From Blepharisma stoltei ATCC 30299 (Eukaryota; Protista; Ciliophora), in NCBI GenBank assembly GCA_965603825.1, contig CBFDEM010000012.1, forward strand, positions 1-64,000: a DNA stretch of 64,000 bases, written 5' to 3'. Below the pieces are notes generated by a model. The model did not search any database. It saw only the letters and a program-made list of their open reading frames with translations, and was not told where the DNA came from. Shown piece after piece: positions 37,033 to 49,343 of the stretch; positions within the stretch are counted from its first letter, which is position 1; each line of letters begins with the position of its first letter. The translations under genes and the position numbers were made by a program.

Positions 37033-40000
37033 ATGATTAGCCTTTATCTATCCATTACTCTCCTTTCAATGGTATTTGGCCACTTGAAATGCGGCGTAGA
37101 TGAAAGCTGACAGCCAATAATTAACAACTACACCCATCCAGGACGTGAGCTTCTGGCTGGGATGTCTCGAAGCACAACCCTCAAGCCAATTAGAATTCAT
37201 TTTGAGTACACCAGCCTAGGCATGACCGCAACCCAACAAAGCCAATTTGTTGACAAAGTGGTCCCAGCTGCAAAACATTGGTTTTCATCAGTCCTAAGTG
37301 TGTATTCTTTGACTGAAACCATCGTCGTCCCATCAAGTGTGACAAGTTGCAATGGAGCTACTATCCCTTCATCGCACCACACAACTGGGGTCTCCGATGC
37401 TGACTTTATTGTCTATGTCTTTGGAAGCACCGCAGCATCTGGGTATCTTGCTAGAGCAGGAGCTTGTCTCCAAGAATCAGGAGGTCGCTATAATGTACTT
37501 GCAGGCTCTTACGAAATTAACATGAATGACTTCTTCAAATGGCCTGTGAGTGACCAAATTGTCGTGACCCTTCACGAGCTTACCCATGCTCTAGCCTTTT
37601 CATCTTGGCTTTTCAGCAGCTACGTAAAACCTGATGGCACCCACTACGCTACAACAGAAATAACTAAAACAGTTAATTATCCTAACAGAGGCAAAGATGC
37701 TACTATTCTTATCTTGCCAACTGTCGCAGCCCAAGCCCAAACCATTTTTGGTTGTTCCACTGCAGAAGGAGTAGAACTTGAAGACTATGGAGGGTCTGGC
37801 TCTGCAGGCTCCCATTGGGAAATGAAGATTGTTAAAGAAGACTATATGGTTTCCGTACTTCCTTGGAACCCAGTTACTTCTGGACTTACACTCGCCTTAT
37901 TCCAAGACTCAGGCTGGTACACAGTAAATTGGAACTATGCACAGCCACTTATATGGGGACTCAACCAAGGCTGTGCGTGGCTTACAGACAAATGCATTAC
38001 TACAGGAATTCCTCAACAAGGAATGTGCACGGATAAAGCATATGTAGGCTGCGACGTTTATAATATGGCAAAAGCTTATTGTGACATAAGCAACTGGAGC
38101 GCTGTACAATCACAATATCAATATTTCTCAGACCCAACACTTGCAGGAGGCAGTGGGTTCCCTGACTTTTGCCCAGTGCTAACTGGGTATTCTAATGGAG
38201 ATTGCAGAGATACAGCTACTACTGCTTATGATTATTTTGGAGAAACGACAGGCTCAGGAAGCAGATGCATGACATCAACGTTACTAAAGACAGCTTATAT
38301 ATTTGATGGAGATCTTCATTCAGTCTGCCACAAGGTAAAAAGCTGTGAAAGTGACAAGGCAGTCTTAGAAGTTGGAGGAGTCACAGTAAATTGTCCATTT
38401 ACTGGAGGTGATGTGACTGTGACTGGGTTTAATGGCGTCCTTAAATGTCCAAACTCTAATATATTGTGTAGCGCTATGCCTTGCAAGAGTGCTTGCTATG
38501 GGCAAGGGATTTGTAAAGCTGGAGTTTGTCTTTGTGATCCTGGATATGGAGCAAGCGACTGCAGCGTTACCTGCCCTGACAACTGTAAAGCTTGTGATTC
38601 TGCTACAACCTGCAAGACTTGTTATTCAACTGCCACTTTAGTTAATGGGGTATGCACATGTCCTACAGGCAGCACATGGGACAGCACTCAAAAAATTTGT
38701 CAAGCCGGTAGCATAGTTGGCTGTGATGCCAGCTGCAAAGGATGTGCGACAACAACTACTTGTGCTGACTGCTATTCAACAGCTACCTTGACTGATGGTG
38801 TCTGTACATGTCCTGAAACTTATGGATTTAACTATGAAACTCATACTTGCGTGATGTTTTCATGCCCAACAGATTGCAATGGCTGTAGCTCATCAGCTGG
38901 CTGTACATCTTGTTATGATGGACAATCATTAATTAATGGACAATGTCTCTGTCCTACAGGAACAGGCTGGAGCAAAAGCTCAAAAAAATGTGAGTCTTCT
39001 GTTATCACAGGATGCCCAGCTATCTGTGATGGCTGTGCAAGTACTACAACCTGTTCAGCTTGTCATTCTACAGCTACTTTAACTGTTGACAATATATGTG
39101 TTTGTCCTGATGGCGCTGTATTCCAAGCAGGCACTAAAACTTGTGTATTTACCAGTTGTCCTGTTTCTTGTAATGGCTGTGCATCCGCTAGTACTTGTTC
39201 AGCTTGCTATTCAACAGCTACTCTTACTGATGGACAATGTGAATGCCCAACTGACACAAGTTTCGATGCTAGTACATTGTCATGCAAATCTACAGCTATC
39301 ACTGGGTGTGACAATTTATGTAATGAATGTGCGTCTACTACAGTTTGCAAGACTTGCCATTCTAATGCAATTTTGACTAATGATGGGAAATGTATATGCC
39401 CTAGCGGCAGTGCTTTTGATATTGCTACTAAGTCGTGCATTACTGGATGCACAGCTGGATGCAGAACGTGCTCAGGGATCAGTGACTATAAGTGCTTAAG
39501 CTGCTATACAGGGTATTATTTACTTTCAGCGACCTGTGTAAAAGCATGCCCAACAGGGTATAATGTTACAACGACAGGCTGCGTTCTAGCGAACCCTAGC
39601 GTCTATAAAGCTGTTTTCCAGCAATGGAATAACACTTATTATAGCTCTGATTCTCCTATTCCTCTTTTCTTTGGTACCACTTCGTCATTCATGCCAAACC
39701 CAGATACAGATGATCCTATCCTCACCTATGGTAGAGGTCTTTATTATACTGGAATATCCAAATCTCTTCTGCCTCCAAACTTCAAATATTCAAGCCGAGT
39801 TTCTCTTGCCCCATCCCATACTGTCGAAATGTGGATACGGCCTGATGATTCTTCAAGCTATCAAACTTTGCTTCATAAATACGCAGACGAGTCTTTAGTC
39901 GAATTTTCTATTGTAAACACAAGGCTTAGGCTTATTCTTACCGCTTACAATACATCGTCTGTAGCTTGGGTATCAACAATGACTGATGGTACCACAATAA

Positions 40001-43000
40001 ACAGCAAACAATGGCAATGGGTTACATATACACTTACTTATGACCAGAATTCACAAAATTCTATAATAATCTTATATGTAAACTCAGCCAAAGAAAATAA
40101 AGTATATAGCGGCTTGATTTTCCTTGACCTAGACACTGCTTTATATGCAGAAAGTTTTTCAGTTGGATCTAAATACTCAACTTCTGGGTATACATCAGGG
40201 TATAAAGGCTTCATTGCGATGCTTAATATATATAACCAAGCTTATACTCCGTCTTATAGTGGGAACACATGCATAGGAAACTTCTGTTTGGCTGATTGTG
40301 ATTTCTATCAATATGCTGATACCACAGGAAGCTGTCAATCGTGTTTAACAGCCTGCTCTTTATCATGCTGCCAAGCTAATAGCTGTGTTTTAAACGTTGA
40401 TCCTAAATGCACATCTCCTATAAGCTTCACAATCTGTGCAGCTTGTGTGAGTGGAGCCAATTTAGAAGGAGGAAAATGCAATTGTATGAAAAATTCTTAT
40501 TTTGATACCACAACTTTGACGTGTGTTTGCAATAGCGGCTATACTTTGACTAATGGATATTGTGCTACATGTGGGAATTATTTTGCCAGCACTGAAGCCA
40601 AGGCTTATTTCTCTGAGGACTATAAAAAAGTAGTCATAAATTTCGCGAGATTTGTAAAAAGTGGCATTACGAGTACTTGTTCAGAGCTTTTCTATCAAAG
40701 CAGCTTAGTGAAGCTAGGAAAAGACCCAACTTGTGTATGGCAGAGTAATACAGAGCTGCAAGTCTATTTGGGTAATAAATGGAATCTGACTAATGAAGCA
40801 TTAGCATTAAACCCACTTACAGTCCAGGCTGAGGGCACTGAGTGCACCTTAAATGTCCAAGATTTAAAGCCTGTAGTCCAATATATTTATGTTAAGCCGA
40901 CACCGACAGCTGTTATTACAGCTCCAAATACATATTCTTTTGGATGCAACAAAAATGACTTAAAAATATCAGGAGACAGCTCTATAGGCTCAAATCTTCA
41001 ATATGCCTGGTCCCTGAATTCTAGCCCATCAAATACAGCTTTAACCAAATATGTTTCTTCTATAACAGACCAAAAATTCAAAATTCCTGCCACAATGCTG
41101 ACAGTTTCTGTTATTACTTTATCACTGACAGTAACAAATCAATTAAGCCAAGCCAATACTGCGAAGTTTACAATTACTATAAAAAATGAATATGCACTTG
41201 AAGTGACGATTGATGGAGGAAGCAGCTCAAGTATTAGTGCGAGCCAAGGAATCCAATATAAAGCTTTAGTAAACACTATTTGTGGAAATTCTACTTCATT
41301 GAATATTCAATGAAAATATGTTTCGTCATCCTTAGATACAGCAACCTCTGCATTTGACTCTTCTTCAATTTTATCTAACAGCAAGCTCAGCTACATTCTA
41401 AAAATCAAAGAAAACCAGCTAAAAGCAGGAAACTGGTTTGTTTATAACGCAACAGCGACTGACGGATTCGCAAATGGCTGGAGCACTCTGAACATTACAG
41501 TCAAACATTCAGATTTAGTACTCAAGCTAAACCGAGCTGATGGGACTGTATCTAATGATACAGATCTCTATATCAGCGCTTCTGATTCTTATGACCCTGA
41601 TGATTCAACCACTTCTTTAAGCTATAGCTGAACTTGTGTCCAAAATAATGCCCAATGCTTAGACTCCTCCGGGTCAAATCTACTAGGAGACGAGGTAAAA
41701 TCAACCCTAACTGTTCCAAAATCCAAGCTTAAAGTAGGCTCCGAATATACATTTACTATAGCGATATCAAAAGATACAAGAACCGCAAGCAAGTCTATTA
41801 CAATAAAAATAACTCAGCCTACAGGCAGCTCTTTATCAATCTCTTTTTCGCCTTTTAAGGTAAACCACCAGTATGGGCTTAAAATCATTGCTATAGTTTC
41901 CACCCTAAAGCAGCCTGGATTCTTATGGGCTCAGTCCTCTGGACCGACTCTATCTTCACTTTCTGAGCTGACTAAAAGCTTCATTAAATTTGCTGCCAAT
42001 TCAATGCAAGAAGGAACCTCCTACAGCTACAGCTTGACAATGACTTTTTCAACCACTTTAAGTTTAGTTGCATCAATTCCTTGGATTACTAATAAAGGAC
42101 CAATTTGTGACGGTATTGATGTGTCCCAGAATACAGACTTGACTTATACATTGTCTGGGCTAAACTGTGTAGATGGGGATGACCAAGACTATCCTTTGTA
42201 TTACCAATTTGGGGTGGTTATGAATAAAGTCCAATACTACTTAAATACTCCATGTACAGGGTCAACGTTTACTTTAGGGATACCTAGTGGTACCTGGCAG
42301 CTGACTATGAGGGTATGTGACAGTATGTGGACTTGTTCTAGCTTCTCCAAAAGTATCACAGCTACTTCTAGAAGGCTGCTTTCAGAAGTGGCATTAGCAG
42401 ACCAATATAGAGCTTCTATTCTAAACCCAGATATGATACCTTCTTCTATTATTATGTACTCTACATATACCTTAGACAACCCTACTCTAAGTTATATGTT
42501 TACTGACCTGAGCAGCTTTATTACTTCTCAAGACCCAATTGACGAAGGAATCCTTGATACCTGCATAGCTTGTCTTTCTTCTATGACAAGCCAAAGCTCC
42601 GTGATGACCCCAGACTTCCTAACCCAAACCTTCCAAATTTTGAACGAAACCTTGAAGGGCTATACAGATGAGATCACTGATTCTCAGGCCCAGTCTATAA
42701 TTGACATTATTTCTCCTTATTACAAAAATATCACTGATATAAGCCTTTTGCTAAACTTATTCCAATATATAGCTAATAGCTGGATGAGTAGCACATTGCC
42801 AGGGGACGCCAAAGAGTACTCAAATGGGATTCATTTTTCTAATACTAGAAAAAGTGGGGAAGATTTCTTGAATACTACTTATAAAGCAGGAACCCAGGTA
42901 ACTACAATTCTGCCGAACGCTACATTTACGAATGGGACTGTTTATGATTTTAGCATAACAGTATATCCAAATGCTGGAAATTATTCAGATATCATTGATA

Positions 43001-44004
43001 TTTCTACTTATAAGTCTGGAAGCTACCAAAACTATAACTTAGACATTGTAACACCTACTAGTGAGCCTTTGTCGAGCAGCTCAAGTATGATTACTATTAA
43101 TGCAAGCTTCACCCAAAACCCTGGGGAAGACTGGGATTGCTATATGCTTAATAATGGGAATTGGGAGACCGGGAAGTGCTCTATTATTTCAATCGTAAAT
43201 AATGTAGCCACTATAAGTGCCAAATCGACAGGATCCATACAGCTAGCTAAATCAGCTAAGATTATTCAGCCAGTTATCCGAGAAGACTCAGATTCAGCAG
43301 GAACAGAAGGTGCCCCTTCTATTGCTATGGGCTCAATAGTCTTTTTAGCGATTTTATTGTCAGGAGTTTTCATAGTTTTTGACCGAAAAAATATCAAAGA
43401 AAACCTCGACCTTAGTCTGCTTAAAAATCATTTGACCTTAAGCTTGCTAATTCCTCAGAAGTCTTTTACGAGGGTAATAAATGTGATCCATATAGCCACT
43501 GTGCTTTTATTAGAACTTGCTATTGTAGGAGCTATGTATGCCAGAGATAATCCAACTTCAGGAAATGAAGGAAGTTTTTCTTATCATGCCAGCAATTACT
43601 CAGCTGAAGACTTGATAAATATGGTTGTTGGGCTTCTACTTGGACAATTTGTGTCAGCACTGCTGCTAGGACTGAGTTTCGGCTTCCAAAGATCTCCTTT
43701 ATTTAAAGCTATATTTTTACTGATATGTGGGATTTTAGCTTCATTAAGTATTGCTTCAACTATAGCGATGACTGTGGATTATTCAGCAGAAATTTCAACT
43801 TATTGGATTATAAGCTTTATTATTGTCTTGCCATTTGACTTCTTTGTCTTTCAAGCAATATTTGCAGTTATCAAATATTTCGTCACAAGAGAGAAGATGC
43901 CTTTGGAGACCCCAGATGGCTTTGTTACTGATTCCCAAATTATGAAATGTGCTCCTGCGCTAGATGTAAGTGATCTATTCGAGAAAGCTCCTATTCATAA
44001 TTAA
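37033..44004 (+). CDS. Leishmanolysin (M8) protease fused to EGF/furin-like repeats, LamG-like, REJ, GPS-like and polycystin-1-like TM module, ~2323 aa
   Basis: One frame with UGA=Trp. Signal peptide, HELTHALAF...SHWEM...YM, CxxCxxC repeats, SYDPDD...YSWTC (REJ), ~5 TM segments with SFTRV. Confidence 0.9.
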
Positions 44005-44105
44005 TGAATTAATTACAGATAAGACTTGTTTTTATTTAATATAATAAGCTTTTTTCTAGACACAAATATATTATTTGCTTATTTTCAATTAATTTTTAAT
44101 TATTC

Positions 44106-46571
44106 CTAAAGATTGTATTTAATAGCCTCCAACACTTTATCCAATGAATTTCTGTAATCTAGATGATGAGGTGAAACCTTGGTCACATCAATATTTTCTA
44201 CCCCTTCCACCTCAAGAACTCCAAGTCCTACAGGGTTTTGAAAAGTGGCTAAGGTATAAGCCACGCCTAGTGTCATATCTTTATGACTATAAGCATTAAC
44301 AAACCTTCCTTTCACCAAAGGTTTAATTTTCTCAAAGCTTTCTTTGTCATTTGGAGTAGCTGCAGCTAGCAAGTAAATGTCATGGATTCTATCACAATTA
44401 GGATCTATCTTTAATAGCTCCATTAAGCAATAATGAATAATACGCCCTCCAAGCGAATACCCTATTAAGGATATTGTCATGTTTTTAAACAAGCCTTCAC
44501 AAATCAAATGAGCCAGCATAATCCCTGTCGCTTCAGCTTGTTGTGCACTAAGAGCAAATGGGTTATCTTCATATATAGACTTTGAAGCCTGAAAACTTGT
44601 AAGCAAGCTTTTCCCAAATTTTCCTCCCCAGCTAAACATATCAACTGTAGCCTCCAACAAGTTGCTCGCGTCCCATACCAATGAATACGAAATAGGCTGT
44701 TCTGGACGTTCTACAAGGAACGGCCAATGGTATTTCTCTCCATCTCTATCATCTGAAAGCCATCCAGGTATTGCAATTGTGATGCTCAATGAAGGCTTAT
44801 TAATAATCCTATCCAATGCATATTTATCGTGTTCTAAAGTTTTATATTGATCTAAAGACTCTTCAGCTATTCCTTTTTTTATGATAACTTCTGAGGTCTG
44901 CTCTACAGACTCAGGCAGATCAGCTTGCAATTTCTTTTTATTTTCGACCGCAGCTTCAAAAACATCTTTAAAATCAACTGATGCAGGGTAAAACACCCAG
45001 TCTTCTTTTTCTTTAGAAATAAGTGATTTTGATATAACTTGTTCAGCTTCTAATAAAAATTGCCATTTACTGTCTGTTTTTAGGCGCTTTTCATATAGCC
45101 GGATTATTTCTCGGATCCACTGCCTATAGATGCTGGAATATTTGTGATCAGATTTTTTTTCTGTTTGGGCTAAATCAGCATAGGTGTTAGAAAAAACAAG
45201 CAAAATACAGAGGATAATAAATAAAAAATCAGGCTCTTGGGAAAGACAGTCTTGGTCTGTATATTCTAATATAAAAGAAGCATCATATATTAGTAGCTTT
45301 TGGAGGATTTGGTCTGGAAGGTTAAGGAGTTCTAGGATTTTCATATAAATTTCGGTAGGGATTTCTGAAGTACAGGTTTGAGCTATGAGTTTGCCAACAA
45401 AAATTCTGGAGTCTTCTTTGATGATGGTATCGTCAAATAATGATATTGACTTGCTTTCTAAGGAAGATAGGTACCCTTCGAGGTATCTTATTCTTTCAGA
45501 GCTGGTAAGCTGGATAGGTTTTGGCTTAGGTGGGGCTGATCTTAATTTTTTGTAAAACCTTTTAATAGGCTTTGGGTGAGCTGACTTCTTTTCGGCTTCT
45601 ACCTTTTTTTCTTCATGTGGTTGGATTTTGAAATTGTCTTTAATGTTTGAAAATAAATCTGGATGTATTTCTTTGGCTTTTTTTACAATGCGATTGTCTA
45701 AGTCTTTTTCAATTGATTTATAGTCAATTTCAAGCATTAAGTCTTCATTTAAATTTGGAATGAACTCTTCTATGTATTTTTTTAAAGTTCTATGGGATTT
45801 TTCAGTGAATTTTTCAATAAATTGATAAACCCCTTCAGTGTTTTTTTCATTTCCAAACTCAGCAGAATTTTCTAGCTGCCCAGCTGTAATTTTATTCTGA
45901 TTTATAATATTTTCTTGAATTTTCTCAATATTCGCTTGCCAAAGCAAATGAAAAGTGCTTGATTTCAATATAAAATAAACCTTGCTTTCTTTGCTAAAGC
46001 AAAGCCCAGCACTTTCCATTAGTTTTCTCGCTTTCCCATTTCAGTTATTTTCCAGCAGTGACGTATTCATAGGCAAAACCAACCCTTCATCCCACTCATA
46101 CAATCTTTTCAGGATCTTTTTCAAATTTTTTTCATTTAAAATTGCAAGATTTAATACACAGTCTTGCCTTATATTATAAAATTCCAATTTTTTCTCATCT
46201 TGCAGTTCTTTTCTGTTATAGTATAAATTTTGGTGCTTTATTGGGATATTTTGTTCATGAAAAAGTTTCATCTTTAATGAACTGATGACGTCACCAGGCT
46301 TACAATAAAAATTCACTTGGCTCCCTGAAGGCAGTTTTATTGCTACAGCAACATCATCTCTTTCAACCAAATCTACTGCACCCTCATTAATCCCGTAATA
46401 CTGCAAATTTCTCTCATCTTCAAGATTTTTTCCATTAAAAACCAATTTCTGCTGGTGAGGCAAAATGTCTTCAGCTTCATAAATTTTTTCTTTTAGGCTG
46501 ATAATGGAGTCCCAAGGGTCAATTTCTAGCCTAATAGTCTTCCCTGAAAGAAGCTTTATAAAGATGGACAT
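44106..46571 (-). CDS. UBL-UBL + DUF726/TMCO4-like alpha/beta hydrolase, paralog 1, ~821 aa
   Basis: Two N-terminal ubiquitin domains (MSIFIKLLSGKTI...) join the 637-aa ORF through TGA 46041. Motifs IPGWL, LIGYSLGGRII, GRFVNAYS.KD, HLDY. Confidence 0.9.
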
Positions 46572-46606
46572 TATTTATATTCGCCATAATTTAATAGAAA
46601 TATCTA

Positions 46607-49015
46607 TTAAAGATTATAATTAATCTTTTCCAGCACTTGATTTAATTTTTCTCTATAATCGGCATGGGAATGGCACACTGAGGTGCAGTTAATGCTTTCT
46701 ATGCCTTCTACGTCAATTACTCCGAGGCCGACTGGGATTTGGCGGATTGCCATTGTATAGGCAACTCCAAGGGTGGAGTCCAGGTGGCTGTAACAGTTGA
46801 CAAATCGGCCTTTCACGATTTTTCTGCATTCTGCAAAAGTTTCTGGATCATTTGGAGTGGCGCCGGCTAGAAGGTAGACGTCGTGGATAGTTTGGATGTC
46901 AGGGTTTATCTTGGCAAGCTCTTTTAAGCACCAATGGATTATTCGTGCTCCAAGTGAGTAGCCTATAAGGGAGATACTGAAGTTATTGAAGACCCCGCGG
47001 CTAATTAAGTCAGCAAGCATGATGCCTGTAGCTTCAGCTTGTTTTGCACTAGTATTAAAAGGACTTTTTGTAGACGTATTAATAAACTCTGAAATCCCTG
47101 AAGTGATGCTCCAAAACCAGTCACTTCTGAACTCCCTGGTGTTCATCTTAGCTTCTTCGTCATTGCTTGCATCCCATCTTAAAGAATAGCTTAACCCTTG
47201 ATTTGGGTCCGCAACGAGCCACCTCCAATGATAGCCTTTAGCTGTCTTATCGACACTATTAGAAAGTCATCCAGGAATAGCAATAGTTATATGAAGACTT
47301 GACTTATCAATTATTCTTTCAATATGGTAAGTCCCAAATGAAAGCTCCTCCTCATAAACCTTTAAAGAATCCCCAACCTTAGACTCTTCAGAGCGCTCTG
47401 CTGCAGCTTTAAATGCTTCTCTAAAATCCACGCTTGAAAAATCAAATACCCAGCCTTGCTTTTTTTTCTCTAATAATTCTTTAGCTAGAATTTGCTCTGA
47501 TAACAATAAATCTTGCCATTTATTTTTCAATTTCAATGACTCTTCAAAGCCGTGGACAATTTTTCTTATCCATTCTCTATACACACCTGAATATTTCCCA
47601 TTTCTTGTATGCTGAATATTAGGAAGTAAAGCTTCATGAGCATTAGAAAACACTAGAAGAATACAAAGTGCTATAAAAAGTCGTTCAGGGACTCCAGTAG
47701 CTTTATCTATTTCTGCAGCAGAATACTGAGGAACGGCAGGCAATTTTTTGGAAAACAGCTGAGTAACGATTTCTGGAGTAAGAGATAGATAACTGACTAA
47801 GATTTCTAGCTCTGCTATAGGCACTTCATGAGGGTAGAACTGGCTCGCAAAATTTGCTATTGCAACTCTGATATTATTAGGAGCTAAAGAGTGATCAAAC
47901 AATTGAAGACTGCCATCCTCCAACTGATGGAGAAAATCTTTAATGATAGCTTCTCTTTCTTCTAAACTATAATTTTTTGCCTTAGCAGCTCTCAGCTTCT
48001 TATATTTTCTCTTTATTGGCTTAGGGTGCTCAACTGTGACATTTTCGTTATTTTTTATTTCTTGATTATTAATAATTGCTGTCTTTATCCCTTTTACAAA
48101 TTGTGGGTATTTTTCTTTTAGTCTTCGATTAATTCTCCCGTCTAAGTCTTTCAATATAGTTTTAAAGTCAATATCTTTTTTTATGTCATCATTTGGAGTA
48201 GTGGCGTATTGCTCTAGAAAGCTAGAAAGCAAATCAGAGGCGGCTTTAGAAATATTATTGGCAAAGCTGCAAAATCCTGGTAGGTCTTCAGGCTGATTTT
48301 CTGCTGTTTTGAAAATATCGTTTGAGATAGCTTTGGATTGGCCAAATAAACTTGATTTTAATGCATCAAGATTCAGCTGATAAGCTAGGCTAAAAGTGCT
48401 TGATTTTGCAATGGAGTAAATAGTGCTTTCTTTATCGAAATCAATCCCTGCTTGATCAAAAATAATTTGAGCTTGGTTTTCCCATTGTTTCAAAAGTTCG
48501 TTAATATTTATTGGGAAAATTAAATCATCGTCCCACTTATATAATTTCTTAAGAATTTTCCCTAACTTTTCATCATCAACTATTGCTAGTTTTAAGAAGT
48601 TTCCTTGAAACAAGCCAAAGTCTTGCAGTTTTCTATCTCCTTTTAACTCTTTACCACTGAAATATAGATGCTGGTGTCTGATTTTTACTCCAAACTGCCT
48701 TTTGGATTTTTTCTTCAATTCCTTAACAGTCTCTGTAGTATTAGATGATATTGATATAATTCCTCCTGAGGGCAATTCTACTGAGACAGCTAATTCCCCA
48801 ATTACTGATAGCTCCACAACTGCATCACTTTCTATGCTATAAAATCCGAAGGTTTGGTTATCATCTAAAGCTACGTCCCTGAATTTAAGGACTTGAGCTA
48901 AAATTTCAACCTTTTCTTCAATGCAAATTTTTTCCTTCAGGCTTAAAATTGAGTCTGAAGGCTCGATGGTGAAGTTTAAAGTCTTGCCAACTAAAGTCTT
49001 AACCAGGATTTGCAT
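46607..49015 (-). CDS. UBL-UBL + DUF726/TMCO4-like hydrolase, paralog 2, ~802 aa
   Basis: MQILVKTLVGKTL start. IPG-TGA-LS matches IPG-TGG-LS of paralog 1. Motifs LIGYSLGARII and HADY. Confidence 0.9.
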
Positions 49016-49343
49016 TAATTATTATTACAATAGAATGTAGAGAATATGAAGATCTCGACATTTTAATATTCACCAAACCGATAAAATACTATTCTTAAAA
49101 TAAGGCTTAGCAATTAAAGAGTTCATGCTAATTTGTTGCATTACTATAGGAAGCTCTGTCTCCACAGATCAAAATAATGAAATTACATTATTTTGCTCAT
49201 TTTACTTTAAAAATATAAAACTAATTAGCCTTCTGAAATATACTTGTCTTTTGGTTTTGATATTAGAGCAGATAATGGCCAAATAACGATTCTTAGAGAA
49301 TAAAGCATAATAATCCCATAAAATTGATAAAAATTTAATTTAT

